Part shown: in pieces, positions 46,818 to 59,218 of the stretch
How positions within the stretch are numbered: position 1 is the first letter of the stretch
Layout: the number at the start of each line of letters is the position of its first letter
DNA from: Psilocybe cubensis
Taxonomy: Eukaryota
Assembly (NCBI GenBank): GCA_017499595.2
Contig: CM038999.1
Location: 1,116,001 to 1,180,000, forward strand
DNA length: 64,000 bases
Reading direction: 5' to 3'
Notes under the pieces: model-generated
What the model was told of the DNA's origin: nothing
What the model saw: only the letters and a program-made list of their open reading frames with translations
The model's database searches: none
Made by a program: the position numbers and the translations under genes

Positions 46818-49800
46818 ATGAGCGTCGTGTCCTCGGTCATTTCCAGAGTCTCCTCTCGGCCTTCAGGCTGGAGGATTAATGTTCGACTATCCTCACTTAT
46901 GGACAACATATTCGCAATCGGATTCGGCCTCGGATTGCGCTTTGTGGTCGACACTGTGAGCAACCAAGATTTCAAACTTACAGGAACGTTGGTAGGACTC
47001 TGGGAGGGTGTTATCCTCCTTCACTTCCTCAAGAAGACGCCCAAGTCCTCCGACCCGTACATAGCGTTCGGCGTTCGGATTTTCGTCGACCTCGTATTCA
47101 CCGAGAGCGTCGCGCGGATGGTTCTGGTGTTGATCTGGACAGCGCTTGGAATGGTGCTTGCAGACATCACCCCCGCCATTTGGGAGGACGTTGGCCTCAA
47201 ACGAGTCTGGAAGAGCTTCCGCCGCGACCTATATACCATCTCACGCATGATACCCACCGTTGCATTCTTCCCCCCTACGCGCACCGTTAGATTTTCACCT
47301 TCACGAGAACCTTCCGTCATTGTAGACGATGCCACCGAAGTCCTATCACCATCTATGGTCACCGAACAAACCCCTATCGATCCAGTACCATCTGCTATCC
47401 CAAGGACAGTCGCGAAACGCCGCGTTCCAGGTCACTTCCCCATGGACTTCTCCGATACAGACACAGATACCTCTTCCTTACGAGCCGCTAACTTCGTTCC
47501 AAATGGGAGGACAAGTCGACGACTATCTGTATATCCTGAAATTCATGATTACGACGACTCGATCAGCGATCTCTCAGGCAGTCAGAACGATCTCGACGAG
47601 GGTAACCTGTCCTCGGAGGCTACTCCAACCGGCGAACCTCCACTGACGCTCCCAGATTCCTCTGAAATTCCTGAAATCGAAGAGGAGCCGTTGTTGGTGA
47701 ATGTTTCAGCACTGCCTGTGAAGCTCGAAGATGGGGAGACCACTCCGACACAGCGACATCAACCATACATGCCTCCCACTCCCTCCGACTCGGCTGCACG
47801 ATGGGGTATCAACCGCGACGTCGAAGAACCCTTGCCTGTCAGACCTCCGTCGGAACTTCTACCCCAGATCCCTGATTTCCTCGAGGAGCCGGTCTCCGAA
47901 GACTGGGAGAAGATTCAACATGCTGATTACTCGGACGACAAGCCCCCTACTCCGCCTGCGAAAGACAAACCATCGGGTCTCAAGATTCCCAAGGTTCCTG
48001 ACGTCCCACCTCCCGTGCCACCCGTCGCTCAGCAGCCACCTCAACCCACAACCCCGCCGGACGACGACATGAAAGGTTGGGACACGTTGGAATCTCAAAT
48101 CTTCACTCGCGACATGAACCCAAACAACGATACTGACAACGATATTAACGCTACTACCACTAACGACGACACGAATCGACAATCTTTGCCCCCTCCTTAC
48201 CACGATTATGAAACCCATGAAGATATTTACGACGACCCCCCTCACGACCCTGCCTTGGGCATCCCCACTGGGGACCTCTTAGGCGATGATACGGGCGTGC
48301 CTCCTGTTGAGCAGGACACGCTCACGGATCCTCAGCCTTCCTTGCTACCTCCTATACCGATGGTTGATTCGTTGGATCCTTGGACCTCTGGTGGTGCCGA
48401 CGACTTTGAGGAGCAATATAAACGCGATCTTGAAGCAGAGGAGCTCAAAGCGAAGCAAGAGGCAGAGGAAGCCGAAAGGAAAGCCGCAGAGGAAGCTCAA
48501 CGGAAGGCTGAAGAGGAAGCTGAAGAGGAGAAGAAGAGGAAGAAAGCACAGGAGAAAGCGGAGAGAGAGAAGAAGGAAGCCGACGACGCTCTTGCTCGCA
48601 AGAAGAAACGCGAGGAAGAGGAGGCAGCGGAAAAAGCGAAGAAAGAGGAGGCTGAGAAGAAGAAGGCTGAAGAATTAGCGGCTCAGAAGAAGAAAGAGGC
48701 TGAGGAAGCCCAGGCACGAAGAGATGCTGCAGCGGAGGAGAAGCGAAAGAAGAAAGAGGCTAAGGAGGAGGAGAAAAGGAAGAAAGCAGAAGAAGCCGCG
48801 AGAAAGGAGGCAGAACGTCTTGAGGCAGAAAGATTGAAGGCAGAGGAGGAGGCCGCCAGAGCTGAGGCAGAAAGATTACAGGCTGAGGAGGAAGCAGCAA
48901 GATTGAAAGTCGAAGAGGCGGAAAAGGAGGCGGCAAGGTTGAAAGCGGAGGAGGAAGAAAAGGCGAAAGCAGAAGAGAAGAAGCTAAAAGCAGAGGAAGA
49001 AAAGGAGGCAGCGAGATTGAAAGCAGAGCAAGATGAAAAGGAGGCAGCGGAGAGGATAGCGGAGGAGGCTAAAGCTCAAGAACAAGCTCGACTTCAACAA
49101 GAGTTAGAAGACGCGGAGAAGCTCCGGGAGCAGTTAGAAGTTACAGCAGCCGAGGAAACGACCACGGCAGATGCTCTCCAAGTCGAAAAAGATGCTCAAC
49201 AGAATGCAAATCTAGCAGCTACGACTGAAGAACAGGCTACTGCTGAAGGAACTGCTGAAGACGTTAAAACACCTGTTGTACGACCTATTGAAGACAACGC
49301 TGAACTTCCTGAGCATCCTCTATCGCCGGTGGAATTTCATCATCCTGCACCTTCAGAGGCGGACACTGCTTCCGAAGCTAGTGCGGCCCCCCCTCTCAAA
49401 GCCTATGAACGCGTGGAACGCATGCTTTCCCTGAGAGCGCAGATCGTTGAAATAGAGGCTAAGCTTCGAACTCTTGTCGCCACCGATTCTGCCAGTCCAG
49501 AGATTAAAGTGATGGAGAAAATCTTGCGGAAAATGAACAGACAGGCCGAAAGACGATACACCGCTGGTAAAAATTTTTAGTTTGTCAATTGAAACTGTTT
49601 ACTTATCACTTCTTACAGGAATCTCTTACCATCAATACCATGACGATGACTCCAATTCAGATACTGTTACATTGAATACTTTGAACGACAGTAGATCACA
49701 AGAAAAGATTGCTGAGAAGATTGAACAATTATTAACCCCATCGTCAAGATCACTGTATCTTACGATACAGTTTGGCAAAAAAGCGAATGATTCCAGGAAA

Positions 49801-50032
49801 CAGAAGGCAGTAGTCGGCAGAATAACAGACGCGTAAGGTTTTGTCAAGATTTGATATAATGCCGCTCATCTTGTTTGGATTCAGGTTCAATTTAAATGAG
49901 CACAGCTTCGAAAACAGGACGAAAGGACGCACCATCGACGTTTCAGAAGAGCAATTTTCGGAATGGCTTACAGGTTATCGCAAACTTTCAACTCGAGAGA
50001 AAACAGACGAGTTTACATCTGTGTGGGGTTGA
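46818..50032 (+). CDS. Membrane-anchored protein: N-terminal TM bundle, Pro/acidic disordered region, E/K/A-rich charged helix, degenerate Smr-like C-terminus
   Basis: 950-codon first ORF with hydrophobic segments near the N-terminus and about 240 aa of E/K/R/A-rich sequence. Two introns lead to DTVTLNTL...LYLTIQFGKKANDS...KGRTIDV...FTSVWG*. The start could instead be the ATG at 46899. Confidence 0.75.
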
Positions 50033-50114
50033 AAATATTTATTTATTTGTCATTTTTTACTCTGTATACTAAGGACATGTTGTATAATCGCTATCTTTTC
50101 CACTTTCAGAAAAA

Positions 50115-53100
50115 TCAACGTGCTTTGGAGAATCCTCCCGTTGAAATGCTGTCAGGGACAGAACCCAGACAATCATTGGCAGAGTTCTTGTCTGAAGTGA
50201 GAGTAATCACGATGTCGCCTCCAGTCCTAAAGGTATCGTAGAAGTCGATGTGGCAGCGCGAGTCAGAGGGTTTGCCATTGATAGTTACACTCTTTACATA
50301 TGCTGCTGTGTTCTTTGGCACGGTCTTCTGAACAGATTTCGGGTCGAAGTTGATGGTGGTGACAGTAGTGCTAACGTTCAGGAATGAATTGTGGATCGTA
50401 TACTTGGGAGTGAAAGGCGATAAGACGAGGAGTTGTGACGAAGATGGGACTGTCATGGTATAAGGAACCAGCGAAAACGCTGACTATAAAAAAGGCTGAC
50501 CTGGGTACAGTCCTAGGAGATGGAAGGACAATAATGATGCCATCGCTGCTTGGTCGTCATTTCCGGGCAAACCCGCAGGAGCTGTAAAATTGGTTAGGAT
50601 GCGCAAAGTGAGAACCAAATAACATGTTCGTACTTATATCAAAGTTCGAGAATACGACGTTGCGAACCCGGTCAACAGATTTTGCTGGTTGGTTTGCGTA
50701 GTGGTAACCGATAGGAGTCTACATAGGTTGATACACTAGTCAGATTCAAGTAACTCGACTGAGTCCATCGAACCAACCTGGAATGAGGGTTCGTTTGAAG
50801 CATCATAATATCCGGCCTAGATTGTCATCGTCAAATCACGCACAATAGAAAACGAACATCGGGCCATACGGTAAAGAAATGATCCAATCGTTTTACAAAT
50901 GTAGCCTGTCGTCGAGCAGTCAGCATCATGATACACATAGGCTTGAGAATCAGCTTACATTTCCACCCATAAGGTTGATGAGTTCAGCGGTATCGTGAGG
51001 GGCATACCTGTAAAAAGGGTTAAGAGATCAAATGGTATACGTGTGTAAAATATATACGGACCAGCTGTACTCCCAGGATGAGGATTCGTAGAATCCATTG
51101 ATGTTGTTTCCTTGCAAAGAACATGATCTCGAAGTATTTTTGTCGTTTGGTGAGCAATCAACGGGGTCGATAAAGGCGAAAGTGCCGTTAGGATAGCGCT
51201 TCTGAGAGAAACCTATACGTCTGTTAGTTGATAATCTAAGGGCTGTAAAAGAGATATCCTTGCCTTTAAAGCCGTCGCTGACGACAGAGGGGTCCCAGAC
51301 ATTGCGGTAGGACTAGGGCCATCTTCAGCAACCCATGTTATTAACAGAAAAGCGGTGATATCCTACCAATGACCTATTAGTGTACTTAGCGACATCACTT
51401 GTCTTTCCCAATAGCTGAGCGACTTGACGAATCCCGAAATCTTCGAAGGAATACTGGGCATGTATATATAAGCCATGTGTAGCTTAAACCATGATAAAAC
51501 ACTTACTTCAAGAGTGCGACTGCCTTCACGAGTCTGCCTGCCTGTGCTGGACACGTCTAAAACAGCAAAAGGAACATAGCCGTATTGGCTGCAAAGGAAG
51601 ATGAAGCCTCAGCAACAATAAACTCTCGATCGTTGATAATCTCTACATACTTATAAACGTTTGATTGACGTCCCTCAATATTCCATTCAGGAGGGTTGAC
51701 TTCGGCGTCTGTGACCATCGCGGCATAAAGTTCGTTTAGGTCGATGCCTAGTTGGGTTGCTTCGTTATGGTAATTTATGGCGAAGTGAGAAACGATGTTA
51801 TCCGCACTCGACCCTGAAATACTATAATCAATGATCTTGGACCATTGTATAGGCACAGATAGCGACGAACCTCCTTGAGTCCACCCTGGAAGATTGTTGG
51901 CTCGACATTCAGGCATCCACCCATTCTTCCGCCATCCATCGATGTAGTTGTCAACAATCTGTGCAAACTCCACAGGAGAATGTAATGCCATGAGGGGGTA
52001 GAATGTGCGGAACTGTTGCAATCAAAATTAGTATAATATAAAAAATAGACAGATCAGGTTTTTGTGACTAACGGTGTCCCAACTAGATTATGGCGTTAGT
52101 AATGCATGATAGATACAACAGAAAGAAAACGCTAACCTGCAATATAGGGAGTCGAAATAGAAAGATGTAGTGTCCGCGAACACGCCTTGGGTCTCTCCAG
52201 TAGCGTTGTTCTGAGGATAGATTGATTAGCACATCATTAGGTCGATAATTGGATGGACTGACGGGGGTCAAAGAGGCACGGTACAAGGAAGAATACAACA
52301 TCTCAGTTACGTTGGCAGGTGTATTGGGGACATCGATCTCAATCTTGGATAGCTTTTCTTGCCATAGAGCTTTAGCTGCAGCCTGAATCTCTTCAAAGGT
52401 GGAATCTCCAACTTCAGATTCGGCGTTGGCACAAGCTTGATCCTCGGAGCGGAATGAAACGCCAACCCTGATGTTAACTGTTTGTGGTTTGTTGTCAAAA
52501 GAGAACAGGGCGCCGGATTGATATACTCCTCCGATCAGATTTACCGAGAGGTTGAGGTGAGTTTGGCCAAGGCCTTTGGCGTCTAGCCCGACACTGCGAA
52601 TTGATACTCAGAAAATTTGTGAAAGAAATCAATTGACAGAAACTTACGTGTCACCAGTCCATACACCGTATTCGCTAAGCTTCTGCTTTCCACCATCGAG
52701 AAGATCATAGCAGGCGAAAGCCTTGTAGTGGAAAGCACCAGGCCCAAAACTGGCATGTTACAGGATTATAAATGCATTCTAACAGTATGGGGTATAGGTA
52801 GATTGCTTGCCTGGAGCCCCAGCTACCACCAATGGTGACTCTTCCCTTCTCTGGATCAATGGTCATATTCCCACCGTTGAAGGATGCTGGAAGATCATTC
52901 GCAAGATCTAAAACGAAGTACGGTTTGGAACCAGAAGGGAATGTAAAGCGTTCGAGCCCAGCACGACGCGTGGCTGTGGCTTCCATCTTAATGTTGTTAT
53001 CAAGAGTAAGGGAGAAGTAACCGGGAGATGCATCTGCAGTTTCATAAGATTCATTGAGAATATGATCTGACAACACGATGAGCCGTAGACATACCATCAG

Positions 53101-53814
53101 TGTTGTTTTTTCTCAGGCGTTGGCGAGCAGCTAATGTAGTTGTGCATGTATTGAAACCACCTGGGCATAGCAGTGGCATAATTTCGAAATTGCCGTATGT
53201 TCCTATACACAATAATTCACTAAATATACACATCTTCTCATTTGAAAAGCAAGTACCTAGAGAAGACCCCGTCCCACTGTCATGCAATGGGCTAAGTCCG
53301 CGAACGAATTGTGTTGGATCGGTAACATAGCCTAAAAGTTGTCAAATTGATTTAGGAAAAATATCGGTTGGAACAGCTTCGAGGCAGACATACCAGCTGG
53401 TGCATATCCGGTCATATCAGTGGAAAATTTGGCCTACGAAATAGACTCGTCAAATGATCTTCCCTGCAACACGGGCAGGTGCCTTACCATCCCAAAAGGA
53501 ATAGAAGCTCCAGGGCTGAATGCATTTGAGAACTATGATGTATAGTCTATCAAGGGTTTACTTACCAGACATCACCGAAGTTGTCTAACAAATTGCATAA
53601 ATCAAAATTTCTCGGAGTAGATGTAGCAAGGCATACCGGTGCCAATGAAAGGATTAACAAAAGCGGTATAATCCAGGTTTGTTTGTTTCGAGGCTGCCGC
53701 TATAGCTTGTGAAATACGTTTCTGTACATTCGGAGAAGGTTGCGAATGAACATCGGATATGAAAAGGCAAGATGTTAGAACGAAAGAAAGCGCGATGGTT
53801 CGCATTTTCTGCAT
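50115..53814 (-). CDS. Secreted alpha-1,2-mannosidase, glycoside hydrolase family 92, many introns
   Basis: Signal peptide. Motifs FVNPFIGT, PGASIPFGM, LHDSGTG..YGNF, ASPGYFS, WDTFRTFYPL, GWTQGGSSAD, SRTLEY, GFYESSSWEYSW, SNEPSF and GLPGNDDQAAM. Confidence 0.94.
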
Positions 53815-56055
53815 GATTGCTTGCGGGCAGATTGCAGAGAATGATACCGATATTGTAGCGAAGGACTAAGGCCGGTTTTTAAGGAGTGATCTGGCGAGGG
53901 ATGGGAAGCAAAAGAATGTAGTTGGAGGTGGCAAGAACCACGAAGAGGGGTAGGAACATATGGAACAAATTCTGAGGACACCGAAAGTAGACCCCGTGTT
54001 CAAGGTGGACGTTGATGCGAGTTAGGGAATTACGAAAGATAAAAAGTTCCATTGCCAAAACGTACGATACACTAAATTCATTCAGCTTAGATGGGGCACT
54101 AGACCATAGAAGAACTCGATTTCTGTGGTCAGAATCTTGATCATTGTGGCTCCCCGTATGGTTGCACAGGTCCAGTTATTATGTGTGGGAGAGAAACAGG
54201 AAGATATATCCTGCAACCCGCGTCATGCATAGAGAATACGTGGCCCGTTGTGTCTTTCTAACCCCGAGGAGTGTGTGTTGCGGTAGAAGCGAAGCGGTTC
54301 CGGAGGCTCCAAATCGTTGCAGGTAAAAAGAACGGTCCGAAGTGACGACAAGAGGAGGTCACTTGCCTTGAAATAACAATGTAGGTTATCCAAAATGAGA
54401 CGGAAGTAAAAAGATAGAAAACTAACTGTAGAATTCATATCCTCATTCTCCTTCTTCCACATCGACCATGCTTTCAGTTTCGTCAGCGCTGCCGAGTTAC
54501 AACGACCTAAAATTATATTTCAAGATCGCCTTTGGTGCTTTGACATCTTCAGTAATCCTGCTTTCTTAAATGCGCTGAGAAAAATATATAGAGGGATTGG
54601 TGTGCATTGACTCCTTGAGAGGTGTTTACGACATTGATAGCTTCATGCATACAGACTCAGCAACCTTGAAAAGAGGTGCAGCTTGCAGGTGCGGGCGAAG
54701 AAGATCAGAAGAGAGAAGATTGATTACTTAACTCCATCGAGAATAGAGAGTATGACCTTGCAATTGGGTGAGAACCTTTATCTATATTAAGCAACAATCT
54801 GTTTAGGCGGCGCGGACTCGTTCTTGACTCAACCCTCCACCACTTGCCACTTGCTTACAGGCCAACTAAAATGCTATCTATCACGATAGCGGACAATTCA
54901 TGGACACCCAGCTACGATCTGTCCTCAGGACTTCTTTTCGCTGTCAGTGCACTAGGGTTCATCACTTTTTTCCGACTCCACTCCTCTTGAGGGCGACTGA
55001 TTGTTCTGACCCGTCAGACGTGGCACTGAGGACCGGGCGAAACTGTGGGTCTAGCCAAGAAATTGCCATGCACTTACTCTAACAGGAATCACTGCACCTT
55101 GCACTGCCTCAATCGTATCGCTCCTTTCCTCTCGTTATTGGATGTGCTTGGGATGATCGTTTAAATTGATCGCCGCCTACCTATAACAACGATGTACAAA
55201 ATATCTCGTGGGTCGTCAATCTTGCCTGAAGTTTGTTCAATTTGGATTCTACCCATTGACAGAATGACAAACCCTTCTCTTGTTGAGTCTTTTGGACTTG
55301 GGCAATTATACAGTTGGTTGGGAGTAAATATGATAAATACCGGACCATTCAAGAATCGAGGGGATGACTTTTATACCTTTAAAAACAACATCAATCCGAT
55401 TCATAACCTCTTCCTCGACACTCTCTAGCCCCTGAATATACCGAGTAACACTGCAATCGATATGCAACCAAAATGATACTCGTTTAGTGCTCGCCTAACT
55501 GTGCTTTGCATTGGAATGATTTGGGTGGGTAACTCACCGGTATGTCCGCACATAATTGCAGACCGCTAAAATATATCTCGGTGCAGCTTGCCAAATTTTG
55601 TTCTTTATATACTGACGCACCGTGCCCAACCCGCTTTGACCTGTGTTCACTGGCCTGTTAGACAGTCACTTTTGGACTCCTGATCATGAGAATATGAAGG
55701 GGTTTTATCGGATTGATTGATTCAGATTAATAATGTAATCTATTATCTCCTCAACGTGCGTTGAATAATTATTAATATTTGTATTTGCATTCAGTCATGT
55801 CAGACACAACGCCGATCCTTGCCCGACGCTGTGACATGAGTTCGTGGGCTACATGTGTGTCTTGCAAGGACGTTGACCCCGTCTACGCCATCGCTCTTTG
55901 TCGCACAAAATGCTATTCCGGGCCTACTAATCTGGATCAAGCTTACTGATTTTGCATCGGCTATCGCTCAAGGCGCTTGATAACATTGTCACAACGTTTG
56001 TCAGGGATGGGTGTACCATTAATGGTAGAGGCAACAACATTCCCATGGTTTTGGA

Positions 56056-56062
56056 TATAAAA
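56056..56062 (+). promoter_or_regulatory. Putative TATA box of reductase copy 1
   Basis: TATAAAA about 80 bp upstream of the ATG; the paralogue has the same motif in a similar position. Confidence 0.5.
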
Positions 56063-56139
56063 TGGAGGTCGACCCCATATCGATCCTCCCCAAATCAAAC
56101 AACAAATCCACAGTCTCAGCGGAAGCAGCTTCTTCAACG

Positions 56140-57521
56140 ATGTCCCAATCATCAAAACTCATTTTTGTAAGTTGTTCAGTTTGTCTATTCCAATGGGTGG
56201 CTGACTAGGCCATAGGTCACTGGTGCCTCTGGCTTCTTGGCGTCTCACATTATACAGGAGCTCATAACCCAAGGCTACCGTGTCAGAGCGTAAGTCGCAA
56301 AGTTCCTGTTTCGCGTCTAGTATCACTTAATCGCTAACCTGCCACTAGTTCCGCTAGGAAAAACAAGGTCGGACCCTTGAAGGCCCTCTATGAATCAGTG
56401 CCAGTAGAGATAGTAGAGATTGCAGATATTGCACACGACCAGTTTGAGGATGCATTAACTGGTGTGGATGCCGTTATCCATACTGCATCTCCTCTTCCTG
56501 GTCGAGAAGATATTGAAAGCATGTTCAAGGTCGGCAATGTCACAATTTTCTCCATCGAATTTAATTTGACCAACCACTCTCTAGAGCGCCGTTGATGGCT
56601 CTCTGAACGTCTTGCGTCAGGCAGAGAAAGTTGGGGTAAAAAAATTCATCGTCACAAGCTCCATCGTTACGGCCTTGTTCGATCCCTCAGCCAAAGGAGG
56701 TGCCTATCGCCTGAACCGTGAGCAAGTATTTTGGTTTGTGTCCTTAATATCCTCAACATTTTTCTATAGACTGGCTCCCTTTCACAAAGGAAAATGCTAC
56801 GCCGGAGAATGGAAATATGGCAATATATGCCATCGCGAAGAAATACGCGGAACTGGCTGTATGGGAATGGGCCGATGCCCATCCTCACGTCGATGTTACT
56901 ACCAGTACGTTTTATGCCTGACTGTCATGCCTAACATTCCCTGACAACCCTTGATTTTAAAGTTAACCCTCCTTATTTCTACGGACCTTTCGCTCCTCTC
57001 CACCTCCCAATCGCTCCAGGAGACTTTAACGCTCTGTCAACCGGCCTGATGATCTACTCTCTTCTCTCTCCGTCTGGGAATTTCCCAACAGGCGCAGGAT
57101 ATGCAGACGTCCGAGACATTGCACGCGCACACGTCGGGGCATTGCGCCCGTCAACAGTTGAAGGGAGAAAGCGTATCATCTTCTCTAGTCCTCACGAGCT
57201 GCATTTCAAAGAAGTCCTGGACGCCATCAGGAAAGCCAGACCCGAAGTGGAGGGACGGCTGATCAAGGCTCCCGTGCCTGATTATCCCTTTTACAAGTTC
57301 GACGTCGACTTCTCACTCATTGAAAAAGTCACTGGCCTTAAAGCCGAGGACTTCCATCCTGTTATTGAGGTCGGTGGCTCCATCATTGTCCTGAACATTT
57401 TACTGACATGTCTTTGTGGTAGACCTTGCTCGATACCGTGAATGCGATACTTGATTTGGAAAAATCTTGGGTAGATAGTGGATTCGTCATGCCAGAAGTC
57501 ATACCCAAGATGGATAGTTAA
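56140..57521 (+). CDS. NAD(P)-dependent epimerase/dehydratase-family reductase (GRE2/aldehyde reductase II/DFR-like), copy 1
   Basis: VTGASGFLASHI, GVDAVIHTASP, FIVTSSI, YxxxK motif YAIAKKYAELAVW, NPPYFYGP and ADVRDIARAHV. Six introns. Confidence 0.93.
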
Positions 57522-57719
57522 TGCTTAGCGGGCTCTTGTTTCCGTACAGTAAAATGAAATAAATTTCATTGTGCCCTTCAATAGCAACCAATGCAGATAA
57601 CCCACTTCGCTTCATAGTGGTTGGACAAGTCACATTGTGGATTATCCGAACCTCATCGACAATTTACGATTCCACAAACGAACACACTGATATTTTTGAT
57701 ATCTTCACGCTAGACTCGT

Positions 57720-58400
57720 AACGCACTACGACAAGGATTAGCGGCAGACTTCGATGTGTTAGCGCCCAGGGGGGCCTACAATCCTGTCATATAAATCGAG
57801 TCTCGAGAAGATACGCAGCATATATGTAGTATGAATGGTGTAAAACAAAGTTTTCATTGTCTACATCTATTTTAGTCAACCCACCGCTTATATTCGGGCG
57901 TTTTGCAACTCTTCATGTTCTATATGCTCCTGGATATCATGCCGCCTTATCGTCTGATATGACAAATTATAATATTTTCAATTATCGCAGTCGGAGTATA
58001 CCCATCCTCATCAACGTACGCAGATATCAGAGACATCGCTAAAGCTCATGTCTGTGCACTACGCACTTTGGCCGCAGTCAAGGCAGAAAGGGTGTATTGT
58101 TTTCATCTCTATATGGGCTCGAGTTCAATGCCGTAATTGATGCTATGGAGAAAGAAAGGCCTGATATAGTTGAACGTTTAATCAAATCACAGCCACCTGG
58201 CTCAGCTTTCGACTTCGACTTCGAGCGCGTCCAAGAAGTAAGAGGGAGAAAACAGTCTGATTTTTATACCTGCAACTGAATAGGTTAGTTTATTTTCATC
58301 GAGATTTCCAGGATTTAGGCCCTTTTTTGTATACCATCAGCGACTTTCTTGAACTTGAAAAGTACAGACTAAATACGTGATGCCCGAAAGCTTTTCCCTT
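57720..58400 (+). pseudogene. Decayed 3' half of a third GRE2-like reductase
   Basis: NPPLIFGRF..., YADIRDIAKAHV and GRKGVLFSS...FDFERVQEV occur in shifting frames with frameshifts and stops. No intact N-terminal Rossmann exons are seen. Confidence 0.8.
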
Positions 58401-59126
58401 TGATGTAACGTCCCTGTCATGTAGCTAAAGTCCATTTACGTGATTGAGAAAGTCATCCGAAAGAATATATTTTGTCACGGCAACAACAGAAAGCATGTCA
58501 GTCTGTTAGCGCCCAAGATTAAATTTGATTCTATTCACTTTTTTCTCTATTAATATCGACAACTCCACCAGTCTCTAGTTTACTACATCCGGAAATATCC
58601 TTTGTTGTGAAGGTGATGCGGTGGTGTAATAAGGAAATACCTTACAAGTAGAGATTCGTATGTCGCTCTATTTGCTTTAACAGTTGCTCGATGGCGTAAT
58701 CCATTGTGAATAACATAAAATGAATCATCAAGCCTCCATGAACCAATGACAACGCTCACAAGGCCGACTCAACGACAAAACAAGGCGCTAATCAGTCCGG
58801 ATTGCAAATCGGAAAGTTATTTTTAGTAAGATCCGGTAGTCGGCATTTCGTTGCCGGTACATAGATAACCAAGCTCGGTCAAGTTTCAGTTCTGGCAGTG
58901 CCGATTTTGTCGTCGAACTTCGCTCTCCCGCAGCTTCCCGTTGTCATCGTAAGCTGGCGCGTTATTCATGAGCCTCATTTCATAGGCGTCTATTAGGAAA
59001 CCGCATGCGCACCCCGATGAATCGTGGGTCGCCAGTCATCTTGAGTTAGAACAATTGATAATCTCATTATGTGAGAATCTAAGAGGTTTCACCGTCCTCG
59101 GTGACACGCCCGAGTTGCTTGGACCA

Positions 59127-59133
59127 TATAAAA
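59127..59133 (+). promoter_or_regulatory. Putative TATA box of reductase copy 2
   Basis: TATAAAA about 90 bp upstream of the ATG. Confidence 0.5.
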
Positions 59134-59218
59134 CCCACTGGATGTAGTACAGATCACACAACACCCATCTCAACTATAATTCTCTTTGCATAACACATCC
59201 ACCATTGAACAGTGAGCT

